Shown here piece by piece: positions 1 to 13,690 of a DNA stretch of 64,000 bases. Below the pieces are notes generated by a model. It had not been told where the DNA came from. It did not search any database and saw nothing but the letters and a program-made list of their open reading frames with translations. A program made the position numbers and the translations under genes. The first letter of the stretch is position 1; each line of letters starts with the position of its first letter. Origin of the DNA: Nageia nagi (taxonomy: Eukaryota > Plantae > Pinophyta); the NCBI GenBank assembly GCA_050084985.1, contig JBITNC010000002.1, forward strand, positions 3,844,001 to 3,908,000, read 5' to 3'.

Positions 1-819
1 TACCTTCTTACCATGTCTAATTCATGACTTTGCATTTGAAGGATAAATGCTATTTATACATATTTGAATGAGGCAAGTGGGTTGTAAAGATACCATAGAT
101 TTTTTATGGAAATTATATCTTTACCAAAATTTGGATTACACCACACATGTCCAAGCATCATAAATGCGGGCGGTATGGTCATATATTTGATACATAAACC
201 AAATCATCACCACAAGTTGTATCAACCAATTTTCGAGAATAGGAGGTGACATCACATAAGTTTATGTGAATTAATTTCAACTATGATGGTGGAAAAATAT
301 CTCACCATGCAATTAATATTTTCCATATAATACCCATATAATTGTTACAAAAAAATTAGTAAGTGACCATATGATCATCCTATTATATTATGTACCAATA
401 TTTTAATTTTTGCAAACATTATATGGCCATAAAGATACGTTATAGGGTAAAGCATGGATTTTCAAAATTTTTGAATAGTTATAAAGGCATCAAGTTAAAT
501 AAGTTACTAACCATACACACATTAGCTATAAATATCTTTTTCTTGTGGGCCTCATGAAAAAGTGGTTTGTTGATACTATTGCCATGAATAGTGATGTGGA
601 GAAATAAATCCCATATGACTAGAATAAAGGTAAGAAGAAAATATAAATAGGTTTTTTATTTTTAGGGTAGTGTGTAGCTTTATTAAGAAGCTACTCCTCA
701 ATTTGGATGAGGAATATAAGTTATGGGCAACAACAAGTGGAACCCGCACAAAGCAGTGGACCAAAATAAGTGGAACCTGTAATAAATTTTATGCAATACA
801 ATATTAAGTGCCAAAATTA

Positions 820-2025
820 TGTCTCCCCAAAATGATTTAAAATAATTATGGATAATAACATCCATGAAAAATCATCCATTTATTTTTGATTCCCTCCAAC
901 AATTAAAATTTAGTCCCTTTATAGGGTTCTAAGGGGCAATGCCCTTGGCATGCTATCCTCGTCACTAGACAAGGCTTCAGAATTTTCAAGAAGGGTAAAA
1001 ATGGGTGTTCCAAAAAATATACTATTTTACTAAGTACACCAAATTAGTAGTTAAGTGCACTTTACTTCACCAAATTAGTAATTTGTAATAAATTTAAGAA
1101 TATCTAAAAGTATTCCCTTATAAATTCTCCTTGATTTGCAAAGTTTTAACATTGTGTGAATACTAAAGAAGAATGTAAATAACTTACCATTATTTAACAT
1201 AGTCCAATAGTCTTCAACAATGATCATTTAGCCAAGCAAGTGCATATATTTATGCATTTATCACTCACAAAAATTAATCTTAATTTGTAAGTAAACAAAT
1301 AATAATTCAATGCATTAAATAGTTGAAAGGTCAGTAAGGTTTAATACATTTGCAAAATTCTTCCTTCATTTATAGTAAGTCACAAAATTATTAAATTCAA
1401 ATGCAAAGGCTCACAAAAATCTACCTTCATTTGTGATGTTTAAAGAGTCTCCTCATTAAATAGTAAGTTTGCAAAAGTCTCTTAATGCATTTGCAAAATT
1501 CTCCAAACCATTAAATGCTAAGTGGAAGAATTCTCCTCCTTTGGGACTTAAAAAATGAAAAAGAAGCTCCGAAAGGGTGTAACATATTAAAGGAGAGCCA
1601 AACCACTTTCATCGGTTAGGAAAAAATAAACATCTAGGTAGTGCATGCAGAGGTAAGGTGATTGGGAAGCAAAGGGCATGGAAGACTTATTATGGATGGA
1701 GCACACAAAGGAAGATGTCCATCATAAGAGAGGTAAACAAAAAATGATTGGAAGTCAAAGGAGCCTCCTAATAGGTGATAGGGGAAGTCACTCATGGTGC
1801 GAGGGAGGAGTGGAGGATGGCCTATGTTGACTGTGTGGAGAGAGGAATTTTGATACTCCATGAGAGTTGAGAAGGGGTGCGAAATGGCAAGGGGTTTCCT
1901 CCATATAAAACAATTTGTAATAGAATGCCCTTCACTTGAGAAAATTGTAAAAAGGGTTTAGAATATATCTATATATTTATAGATCTTTCTTGTTGGTTAT
2001 TTAGGTGTAGTAAAAAACATTAACA
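820..2025 (+). mobile_element. Probable solo/remnant LTR of a Gypsy-type retrotransposon
   Basis: TG at 820, GGGTTCTAAGGGGCAATGCCCTTGG motif (~924-949), TATA-like TATAAAA ~1904, ends AAAACATTAACA at 2025. No matching TSD, so boundaries are uncertain. Confidence 0.3.
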
Positions 2026-2507
2026 CTAGAAAAAAAAATGAAACTATTCCTTAATAATTTTGGACAAACAAATTAAATTTTTTTCGTAATAATAGCACTT
2101 ATTTATGAGAAATGGTAATCCTCATAATAATATATTATAATATTATAAGCATTTCTTATAAGGCAAAATTGCCACTAACATGAAGGTTAGTATATAAAAA
2201 ATATAATAATATAGAGTAATTATATTTATTAAAATATAACATATGAATAATTATGACAAATATATTGTTGCTATATGTTAAATAATTTTAACAAAAAATT
2301 GTTACCCACATAAAATGTTGGAAAAATAACACAACAACAATATATTGTCATTGGAAAGTAAGGTTCACAAAACTAGAAACTAACAACACATAGTATCATG
2401 ATAATCCAAGATCAATAAGAAAGTAAGAGATTATACCTTGACTTGATATTACCTCAACAAGGTTGTAGAAACATCCTCCAAAATGGTGAAAGGGGACCTT
2501 CAAGTAT

Positions 2508-3022
2508 GGCTCTGATACCACATAATGGAATTAAAGTATTCCATACCTAAGATCTCCTTGAAGGATCCATACATCTTCAGCAAAATTAACACATCTAAAC
2601 TACAAACTCAAGAATAAAATAATCACACAAAGTGACAAGTAGAAGTATAGTGGTTCCTCCATCTCTTGGGAGTACATCCATTTTAAACCATCTTTTCTAT
2701 TACTTCTCACAAGACAACTCTCCTACAAATTCTCAAGAATTCTTCTATAAGCATTCCTCTACAAAACTCCTACAAAAGCATTCCTACAATACTACAAGAC
2801 TAGCATTTTCATGAATCTCCAAGTGTGTGTAATGAGAGGGGGGTATCCCTCTATTTATAACATACAACCCTCTCTTTAACCACACTTTAACTCAAGGGTT
2901 AAGTTAACCTTTTCTAATATTTTATTTTCTTAATACTTAAGGTATCTAGATACCTTTAAGTATTAAGTTGGTTATATTAATAAAGAGACGTATTACACAA
3001 TAGTGCATTATAATTTCTAACA
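2508..3022 (-). mobile_element. 5' LTR (2523-3022) plus tRNA-iMet PBS of a truncated LTR retrotransposon, same LTR family as 19811-24427
   Basis: PBS TGGTATCAGAGCC on the minus strand at 2508-2520. LTR starts TGTTAGAAATT and aligns by eye with the 19811-20276 LTR (e.g. AGAAGAATTCTTGA..ATTTGTA.GAGAGTT.TCTTGTGAGAA, GGAACCACTATA). No 3' LTR found. Confidence 0.85.
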
Positions 3023-3599
3023 ATTATGATATATGATGAGAAGTATAAAGAAATAATTATGAAAAAATATATCATAAAATACTTTCTATCATACCAATTG
3101 ACATAAAAACTTGCAAATGATATTAGAGATAACTAAAACTCATATATCTGATGTAAGCTTTAAAGGATGGTTAATTTTTGATAATTAAGAGGATACAATG
3201 AGTGATGGGATGTGACATCATACATTTGCATAAAAAAAGGAAAATTCCTACTTTGAGGTTGTAATTGGATTTAGCTCACTTCGTGGTAGGGGAGTGGATG
3301 GAAATGGAAGGTGGTATGACTGTAGTAGTGAGCGAGATAGTGGAAATGATTTGGCTTGGTTGAGAGCAGATCTAAACTGCATTATATGCGATGGTCTATT
3401 AAAGGAATCGATGGATGACCAGAGGATTCATATTAAGATGAGAAATTCTAATGGTATTCGAAGGGAAGGCTCCAAGCATGATTCAAACCCTAATTCAAAG
3501 GATTCTCCCAAGTGTGGTGATTGGGGATCTTGCTCTCAAAACCTTTCACCTTGGAAAGAGCTTAAGATTGAGATTAATAAAGTGGAATTTGACATTAAT

Positions 3600-4898
3600 T
3601 TCAAGGAGCAAGAGAAACACATGCTTATTTGTAAGATCAAATAAATATGATGTAGCTTGAATGATCTTAAATCTTTTATCAAGAGGTACTAGTCTGTAAC
3701 TTATCAAGCAACATTGCTTCCCAATAATTTATTTTTATTTACTTTGATAATCTTGATAGTAAGAAGTATGTATGGGAGAATTAATGATTTTTTAGTTAGT
3801 GAGGGATTTACATTTGCAAGTTGACTCCAAGTTTCAATCCTTTATCAGATTAAATTTATTACCAACTTGTTTGAGTTAATTTGTATGTTCTCCTAATTGA
3901 ATATTTGGGGGAGAAAATATTCACCAAAATTGGTGATTCATTGGGCCATTATCATTATATGGATGAATACACTAAAGAAAATTTGAAAAGGAGAAATAAT
4001 ATGAACAAAGTAAGATTGGCCATTTTGATGTTTAAAGATGAGCCTTGGCCCCAATCCATCACTCTCTCTTCTTGGAAAGGGGAGTAGACCCAAAAAGTTG
4101 AATATGAAAACTTTTCAATCTAATGCTATGGATGTCAACAACAAGGTCATAAAAGAAAGGATTTTCTAGTCACCAATTCAAAATTTGATACCAATAAGCA
4201 TAAAAATTTGGTTGGGAAAATGGATCTAGATCTAGAGAATAACATCAAGCAGGATGATTTTCATCACTTTACTAATTCATAGATGATTGATTATCAAGCA
4301 GATGATGAAGGCTCTATGCCTTTGGTGGAAACTGAGGTATGCAATTCCAAGGATGGTGGTGGGTGTCCTATCGATTTGGAGATCCTTTTGAACCTATAAC
4401 CAAATGGATGCAACTCAAATAGATCAACTAATTGACACCAAGGAAAGTCAAATCCTTTTCTACAATCAACATGCACAAAGGTGCACAAGTATGTTTCTTC
4501 CAAGAAAGAAGCAATGTCTTTGACTAAAAAAAATCTAGATGGATAATACAAAGCTATAAAGGAAGATAGAGAATGATACACACAAATACTACTTTCAAAT
4601 TCTAAAGTGTAAGAATACATTTTTAGATCTAGCAAAATTATCAAAAGGATAACACAAATTGTTGTAACCATAGTAGTGTGCAATAGTTACAATTGCTACA
4701 ATTACTATATCAAGAATAAACTAAAAAAGTTAGGATAGTCTTCATAGTACTAAGAATTAGATAGAAGATTCTCACAATGGTTTATTCTATGTATCTCATG
4801 ATCATATATTGAATATCTTTCTATGTAAGCACATATTTTGGGGTCCTATTTTTATGAAAACTTGCTAATTATTTTTACCCTTATAAAAAAAAAAAAAC
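3600..4898 (+). mobile_element. Degenerate LINE (L1-type) ORF1 remnant with poly(A) 3' end; ORF2 absent
   Basis: Translates to ...VNLYVLLIEYLGEKIFTKIGDSLG...QKVEYENFSI*CYGCQQQGHKRKD (DUF4283-like region plus degenerate CCHC knuckle) with stops. A-tail at ~4885-4898. Confidence 0.7.
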
Positions 4899-5127
4899 TA
4901 AAAACTCATAAATAAATAAGTTGTAAAACTAAATATATAAAATCATAAGAAAAACATAACATTGATTATGTAAGCCATCCATAAATTATATTTATTACCA
5001 AAAATGTTCAAATTTATAGTCAAAACTAGAAATACCTTCAATAAACCTTTCAATTATAATATATCTCACACAACCATCTACATCCTTTTCCAAAAGACCA
5101 CGTATCATACTAAATTCCATTCCCTCA

Positions 5128-5130
<3 letters not shown>

Positions 5131-5165
<35 letters not shown>
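5131..5165. repeat. (AT)n microsatellite
   Basis: About 17 perfect AT units. Confidence 0.98.
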
Positions 5166-5167
<2 letters not shown>

Positions 5168-5887
5168 CACGCTGTTCAACACGCTTGACTTATTTTCCTT
5201 CCACTTCTTATATATTAAAACTTCTTTCATTTCAATCATTCTACCTTCATCTACATATGTCCCTATGCCAATTGGTTCCTCAATATGTATTCTAAATATT
5301 TATTTACCTCTTAAACAACCTATGTTACTCTATCCAATTCTAAACTTTTCAATATCTTCAACTTTTAACTTTATGTATACCCTTCCTCTAATTTCTAAGA
5401 TTCATGGCTTGATAAACCATTCTATTCAATCTCTTCTACATCCAAAGTACAATATCAAAATTTCACTCCCTTTCACATCTAACCAAGTTAATACCAACCA
5501 TGTAGTTTGAAATTAAAAACCTCTTCTTTAGTAAAATATAACATATAGGATGGTTAACATCATGAAGTGATATAATGCATAATATGATTAAGAAAAAAAA
5601 AAAACAAATTATCATTACATATTCTAATGAATAACCAATTGATAAAAAGATTGTAATTATTTGATGGGAGGTCATTTAAAATACAACATTTCAAACTATC
5701 CATTCTCCCAAAAAAATTATTTTATGAAATAAATTGTAAACACCCAACTTAGGTATATTTGGTAGTTTACTATGTTAAGTATTAAGTAGACTCCTAATTT
5801 ATTCATCTTTAAATCATCATCATGATTTAGTAATCATCCTACGAATTTGTATCATTACCTAAAATACTAAAATAACATGGTGAAAAT

Positions 5888-5974
5888 AGGCTACCAATAA
5901 GGTTTGGTTGGTATATTATTTATGCACTTCTAGGCTATCAATAAGGTTTGGTTGGTGTATTCTTTATGCACTTC
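5888..5974. repeat. Two-copy ~44-bp tandem duplication
   Basis: AGGCTA(C/T)CAATAAGGTTTGGTTGGT(A/G)TATT(A/C)TTTATGCACTTC twice. Confidence 0.9.
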
Positions 5975-7099
5975 CATCCATAGGTAATAGTAATTAAAAT
6001 TCTAAAATAGTAAGTAAAGTTGAGTAGATGTATTGTACTATAACCTACCTTTAAACAAATTCTAAAATACAAATAAAATTGCCTAATCTCAAGTAAAAAA
6101 AGAATTTGCACTACATAACCTTACATAATTCCAAAATAGAATGTAATCCCAACATAATCATACACTATAACCTCTTAATAATAAGGGCAATAACATCCTC
6201 ATCGGTTAAGCTATAAAATACTATGATAAATACTTGAAATATTATTTACTAAGGAGATATTAAAGGAAAACTATGCTAAAATTATATGACCCTTTAGCCA
6301 TCTAGAAAAGATCTATTTATAATAATTTACATGATGGAAGGCTTAATGATCCATTTCTATCCAATCTAAAATTATCATTCAAATATTAATAATCCACTTC
6401 ATGCTAGCCTGATGCTTTAATTTGATTGGATAATAGAAGGAATTTTATTTAATGAAGTAGGTAGTGGGATATCTGTTGAATTCAATATGACATCCTTATA
6501 TTTTTTTTGCTCTATGTTAATTAATGGCAACATCTTTTGGATCCCTAAAACATAGGCATGCTTATCTTCTCGTCGTGTCTTCTTATTCTTCAACATGACT
6601 CCTCTACCCATTGTTAGATCTTTTATTCTCAAATGTTGACATCATTGCTCAATCTTTAGTGACAAAAAATAACTCTTCTTCATATGTCTCTTTTTGATGT
6701 TTCAAACTTCTTTGTCTACTTCCCTAGTTTCTATGTGCATTTATTGATGTTGTGGCATGAATTTACTTGCAGTAGATACATAATACATTATTTTATATAT
6801 TTATAAGTATTTTTAAGTTTATTTATACTTGACTATTATTTAAAATGAACCTAGTACTTTATTTTGTAGCACTTAGCTAAAAAGTACATTGAAACATTTT
6901 GGCAATAATATAAGGTTGACTTCATTAGTGTCTTGAATGAACTCTTGCTCCTTTCCATAAAATGATTGGGTGATGTCATTTAACAACCTAAAAATTATTA
7001 AGAAAGGAAAGAGAGGAATGGGAATATTATAAAATATGATTGAGAAGATAGAAATAGAAATGAGAAGAGGGAAAAATAAGATATCTAATGGAATACAAA

Positions 7100-10000
7100 A
7101 CAATGCTAACAATGTTAATTTGTTAATATTTCTAATGACTCTATGGGAACTTCAACTTGCTAGAGTTGAATCTAAGTTTTCCTTGCCTTGTTTATTTCCA
7201 TCTTGATCTTTTACATGTCCATCTTTATTCTATGAATATATTGGGGCTAGCTCTTGGTTGTGTTGTTCTTCTTTACCCTCAATAATGGAATCTTTCATTT
7301 TTTTTTATAATCTCATTAAAATTCATAACCTCTTGTTTTGAAAATGCTTGTCATTTTTATTCAAGTTTCAACAACTCAACCATTTCATTTATGTCCTTAT
7401 ATATTATCTAAACATTAGAAATTTTGTAGATAGACCCCAACTAATTCCTAAAGTTAATATATGCTTTCTAATTTATTGTTGAAATTTTTTATTAATTGAT
7501 CTTACATAATATAAGTATGTATATTTTTACCCTAATCTTGCATAATTTTATCATTTTTTGTAACATCATTTGTTTCATCCTAGAAAGGTGGTAATGATAT
7601 TTCAACTACTAAGTCAAAGGATAGATGAATATCATCTATCTTGGATTGTAGATTCTCACCTACCTTTTCCCCTTGCTTAACTAAGTTCCCTATGATCATT
7701 ATGTCTATCATTTATTGTACCAATTATGTTATTAAAATTTTTGTGATCTCTAGTATTTCTTTAATATTTTCCTCATCCAACCAATCTCTTATATCTTTTA
7801 TCCCCTTTGGTATGCTCAATATGGGCTGATTCTTATGTTTAAAAGACTAGAATTTATTCATAACCTCCTCCATCTCTTCTTTGTTATTTTTATCTTGACC
7901 AACTAGGGGATTCTTTCCATCATCTCATTAATGAGGGAGATTTTTATTTTTATGGTCTATGAGACCAAAAATATATCTTTTGCTAATTGATGTTGATATT
8001 ACTTTTTTTTTTGTAAGCTTCCCAATAAATTACTCCTCTTTCCCTTCACCTCTTTCCCTTCACCACCATATTTCAGATTTGTCTTCAAGTCTTCATTTTT
8101 CTTTTCATTTGCCTTCAACTTGGCCTTAATTTGTTTCATCACCTTTTTATGACTTTGATTAGCATCTTGCATTTCCTTTTGAAGATCTTCCATATATTGG
8201 TGAAATTCCTTATTTCTAGTTTTCTCCTCTTTATGATCCTCATTATATTAGATTAACAATTTTTTAGTTTTGATCAACTTAGCTTGAGATGCTTCAAGTT
8301 TTATTCCAATGGTATCCATAATATTTAATCCATACATCCTTTAGTCAAGTACTAGTGCTTGTTCGAGAGGAATATCCATTATGGTAGATGGTATTTGTGG
8401 ATCCTCAATTACTAGAATACAAATAATAGATGGTTTCATTTTGTTAATATATTTTTCCACTGCACTAAGTAATCTCACATAATGATCATTAGACTTATTC
8501 AGTTGTTGTACCAAGAGGCCCTAATCAAAACTTAGAATTAAACTTTTATTGAATATATTAGAAACTTGTTAGGGATTATACTTGGAAAAATATTTATTTG
8601 AATGAGAGGTAAATTCATGGATTATATTAGATCAAAATGCTTGATTGTATCACCAATATGATTCTCTCGATACTTGGTGATCATATTCTTTAGTAGCCTC
8701 CATAGTACCTTCACTAGTAGTGATATGTTGTGCATCCTTTTAGGTAGTGGAGTCCTTTTTACCTTGATCACATGAAGTTTATTGTGTACCATCTTGGTCC
8801 ATATTGTATTTTTACTTGACATCCTTTTGAGTCTTCTATGAATCATCATCATATTTCTAATCCCTTGGTGAGATACGTGGGCTATTCTATTATGAAGAGG
8901 AAGATACTAAAAACAAATGTACTTAGGTTGAGAAAAAAGTCTTAAGTAAAGGTTGAAAACAAAGTCTTTTCCTAGGGTTTGTGTTGGTGACTTATCACAT
9001 CCTACATTTCCTTAGCTACTTAGGGAGTTTGGTTCTAACATAGTTAGTCTATTAGGAAGAAGAAATATATATAATAATGTTTTGGGGAGGTGGAGTAGAA
9101 TATACATTGACATTTTTTATAAATGCTTTCTTTACAAGAATAGTTGTAGTTTTGGAAGTTTCCTTACCTTTTTATATAGGTTTCCTTAGAGATGTTTCTT
9201 ATTTATTCTTAAGAGTATTTTATCTCCTCAATATCTTGTTGCTCCCCTTCTTCTTCATATTCTATCAAAACAACTCTAATTCTTTATCTTGGAGTAGGCT
9301 TGGAAGAAGTTTTGCAATATTTTATTTCTCTTTTTAACATTTTTATCATCTTTTGTATTAATTTTAGGTTGTACATCATCCTTTGAGTAAGGATATTCAT
9401 AATGGACTTCTTACCATTATTTATCTTAATTGAAAAGATGAAATTTAGTCCCCCTTGACCATTTGCATAATGGTATATTTGGTATCTAAAAATGTTAAAT
9501 CACTCAATCTTTGTATTTGATCACTTAGACTCCTTTAGTTTTGCTATCACATTATTTTTAAGTGACCATGTTTTTTATATGTATTCCCTTCCATTTCCTC
9601 ATGTTTAGGAACTCTTCAATTGACATCCAATATTTATGAATAGAACTGTGTTGAACTATGGGACTCTTACAACCTTTTCATTCATCATATTTTTATATTT
9701 TTTAATTTATTTTCTCTTTTCATGCCTAAAACTAAATGCATGAGACTTATTTTCTTTACAATATTAGTCATCAAATGTTGGGAATCATAATAGGGTTGTG
9801 GGGCCTCTAATTCTTTCAAATAAAAGGTATTCACCATATACTCCTTGATGGGTTCATTCTTTTGATGCTTATCAACCATTATTGATGGAAATTAAATCAA
9901 TAAAAATAATAATATTTTTAGTTTTACCCCAAAAATAAATTGCATCTTAATCATGTCTATTTTCCTAGCAAACTTTATATCAAACAAATCTAGGGTTAAA

Positions 10001-10600
10001 AAAATAGGAAGAATGAATGTATTACTAAAGAAATCATACTTGAATATCACAATAATATCCTTATTATAATACCAATATGCTATATTTGCATATTTTTTAT
10101 AATAAAACCATGAACTTAGGGGATATTCTATCAATTTGTATCTTGGTCAAACTATTCATAGTTGGTTCAAAGAAACAATTGATGAAATCATGATTCTCTA
10201 AATTATAGTTGGTTCAAAGAAAAATTTGAGAATCCAAGGCATGAAAATAGCCTAAGATAAGATAAGCTTGATGATAACCTAAAGTAGGATGACCAAATAA
10301 AAGTAAGAATACAAATATATATGATGAACTAACATGATGGAGAATGGAGGATTTTAACAAGTGTAGTGATATCCAAAAAGGTGATGACATTTTCATATGA
10401 GACTTGAAGTTGATGCCCCTTGTGTTTAATGCCCTCAACATAAAGTGGTTGAATTCAAATTTAAATAAATCTAATATATATATTTCCCTAACATGATTTA
10501 ATCTATGCATATTATATACATGATTACTATGGTATAACACTACAGGTGGTATTTAAGATAACTTGTAATGCTTTAGGTAATCTCCATTCTTTGAGATTAC
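7100..10600 (-). pseudogene. Degenerate extra ORF(s) downstream of Gypsy pol (accessory, coiled-coil rich)
   Basis: Co-oriented minus-strand ORF fragments (7999-8193 K/E-rich coiled coil, 9685-9879, 10214-10540) 3' of pol. No domain recognised with certainty. Confidence 0.4.
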
Positions 10601-10619
10601 TAATTACCAACCATCCATT

Positions 10620-12192
10620 ATATCTTCCATGTTAAATAAGTTATTATGTAATATACACTCTAACATGAATCAAATTTAATATACTCATTAGGCTTGAGCA
10701 ATACTAATCCTATTTTAACAATAGGTCTCCTTGCCAGAATATTACCAGGAAAGATTTCTTCTTTCCAAATTATCTTTTGATTAGTTTTTTATGATCTCAA
10801 CAAGATGTATAAGATTGATTTAATTTCTCTTTAAGATAAAATAACATGGTAATTATTGAATCCAATTTATTTAAAAGTTTTAGGACTCCCCTATCAGTTA
10901 AAAGAATGCAATTATTTTAACTTCCATGGCCATATATCTTACATAAAGCTCTTCCTCTAACCAATTTTATGGGCTTTATCTCAACATCAAACTAGATTAT
11001 CTTAGAAGCCCTTCCTAATTTCCCTTCATAAAGTTTTTTCTTGGAGAAGATAATGTTTGATATATGAGCATATCGATTACACCAAGATTTTTCTTTGTAA
11101 ACATAATGTTTAAACTTTTGAAGAACTTTCATAATAGAAAAAAAATATTTTTCTATAAATTTGTGACTAGTTTCATAATCATATAGAGTCTGAATGTGAA
11201 ATGCAACTAGATGCTCTTCTCTTTGTTTATTTTTTTAGGTTTTAAGGATAGTAATAATACTTTTATCAGAGTTGTATGCATACAAAATAAAATCTTTTGT
11301 AAAATCATGATTCTTGAAAATTGGTTCCTTTGTAACACAAGGGGAGTACTTGTTAGAAAATGGTAAGTACCATATGCAAAAAAATAGGGGGTATTTTTAA
11401 TATCTAGTTTATTTAGAGGTATATTGGTAAGTATTTTATAAGGGTAGGGGTAGGGGTATTAAAAAAATAGGGAGGGGATAGGGATATTTTAAAAAAGTAG
11501 GGTTGGGGTGGGGTGGGGTGGCAAGGAGGGGAAAGGGGTGCATAGTTGAGGGTGGGGGATTGGGAGGAGGTGGTAAATTTTAAAAATAAGAGGGTTAAAA
11601 TATTTAAAAGGGAGATGGTAAATTTTAAAAATAGGGGGTTTTTTATGAAGCCCATTTTCATATGTGTTTTGAAGGCTTTCTACTAAGTGACCCCCCATGC
11701 TTTGTAAGTACTTGCTTGATTTCTTCAAATTCATCCTTGACTTGTTGAGATAAATAAAAAGGTAAATATTTCTTTAATATTGTAGTAATGGGTTATACAA
11801 TTCTTGACCAATCATTTATAAATCTCCTAACAAAGTTAATCTATCATGAAAATGACTCCAAATATTTCTTATTTGATGGTAATGAAAAGTTATTGATTTT
11901 TATTACTTGATTAGGATAAATTTATAATCATTCTTCAAACACCATATTACCAAGCAACCTTCCTTGATTTACTACACATATAGACTTATTTGGATTTATG
12001 GAAATGCCCAATTGCTTACACTTTTTAAAAATTTTCCCTAGGTGTTTAATGTGAGATTCTTAACCTTTAGAGAATACAATGATATGATCAAGGTAGACTA
12101 GGATGATCTTATTTATCAATTCTATAAATTCTTGATCTACTTTTTGGAAATGAGAATTGATATTTGATAACCCAAAGGGAATCCTTTAGAGA
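10620..12192 (-). pseudogene. Degenerate Gypsy pol (RT and RNase H)
   Basis: Minus strand: RIPFGLSNI (~12160-12186), ILVYLDHIIVFS (YxDD region), KCKQLGISINPNKS, EEHLVAFH...YETSHKFIEK...KFKHY (RNase H), DVEIKPIKLVRGRALCK. Many stops and frameshifts. Interrupted at 12193 by a CACTA end. Confidence 0.85.
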
Positions 12193-12479
12193 CACTATAC
12201 CAAAAATGGACTTTAGGGGTAGGAAATTTGAGGCTTTTTGGTGAGGTAGTTTTAAATTGCATCAATATTGGGTTTTAGTGGTAATTTTTATGGGTTGGTG
12301 TAAAACTACCACCAAAACCTATATAAGGATGTAGGTCAAATCCACCCCTCAATTTCAATAAAGTTTTTTAAAAAAATACATGGAGAACTTATATGACCAA
12401 CAAAAATTATTAAGAATTGAGTTTTTTTCAAATTATGGAGGTGGGGAAGTAGAGAGAGAAATGAATATTTTAAGTTTTT

Positions 12480-12660
12480 TGCAATGATGTTCATAGCTAT
12501 CTCAAGATAGCCTACATAACTAATAAGGTAAATAATGCATGTATATGATTCATTCTAGGAATAATACAATAAAAGTCTTCAATGTTGTTAACATATTCAC
12601 AACCTTCATTCATTGTACCTACATGGTTGCATGCAAGTAGAATATTATAAAAGTTGTTCT
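12480..12660 (-). pseudogene. PLS-class PPR fragment (L2-S2 motifs)
   Basis: Minus strand: ILLACNHVGTMNEGCEYVNNIEDFYCIIPRMNH/TCIIYLISYVGYLEIAMNIIAK, matching the consensus vLsACsHaGlvdeG..yF..M...y.i.P..eHy.cmvdllgraG.leeA. Confidence 0.85.
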
Positions 12661-12889
12661 ATTAGGGTACTTGGAAAATTATTTGGCAATTCTAAGTTTG
12701 AAGAGATGAGGGAGTAGAGGAGAGGAGAGATGGGGTGAGGTAAGGTGACTAGAGACCCTGGTAGATATTCTTCCATATTTTTACATGTAATCTTATCAAA
12801 CAATTTTTGTTCCTTGTATTCTTACATATTTTGTAAAATAAGGCTTAACACCTTATAATTACATTTAGAGTAAAAGTATTTAGAGTATT

Positions 12890-13690
12890 TTTCAAAAAAC
12901 CCATTTTTTGCATATCTTGTAATTATTGTAGTCTTTAAAAATATGAATTTGCATCATGAATCTTATCAAGCACTTCCTAGAAATTATGTATTCTTCCATA
13001 TTTTGCATACATATCTTAGGTCCTTTTATGTGTATTATGCAATCATTACAGACCATGATACTATGTTTGCATCATGCATCTTGTTAAATAATTCCTTGGT
13101 TTTATGTATTCTTCTACATTTTGCATTCCTTATAATAGGGCCTTTTTTAGAAAACCCATTTTATGCATATCTTAAAATCATTGTAGACCATATATTGCAT
13201 CATGCATCTTGCCAAATAATTCCTGAGCCTTATGTATTCTTTCATATTTTGCATACATGTTTATCAGGATATTAACAATCATGTCAAAATCATAACATTT
13301 AATTTACAAGCACCAAGTAGATACATACACACACGTAATTCATGTTTTATGGGTATTTTGGTTGTGAAGTTCAAATCTCTCAAAATAATATTCATGACTA
13401 AGAAGGTCAATAATGCATGTATGATGATTCATTCTAAGAATAATGCATCATGCATCTTGTCAATTTCCCAAGCCATGTGTATTATTCCATATTTTTCATA
13501 CATGTCTTAGGCCTTTTTTCAAAATCCTATTTTTTGCATCTTCTACAATCATTATAGACCATGCAACTATATTTCCATCATTCATCTTGTCATATAATTC
13601 TAATGCCTTATGTGTTCTTCCATATTTTTCATACATATCTATTAGGCATTCAAAGCCACAACATTTGATTTAAAAGAACCAAGTAGACAA
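12890..13690 (-). repeat. Array of PPR-derived repeats
   Basis: Repeated unit reading LINMYAKYERIHKAQELFGKMHDA on the minus strand (e.g. 13195-13267). Also HHTCIIDLLS...LNFTTKIPIKHELRVCMYLLGACK at ~13290-13440. Confidence 0.85.

Noticed and set aside
5004-5510. Longest ORF in the track (168 aa)
   Set aside because: Low-complexity, runs through an (AT)n microsatellite, no recognisable domain.
11413-11734. Proline-rich ORFs
   Set aside because: By-product of the G-rich tract read on the minus strand.
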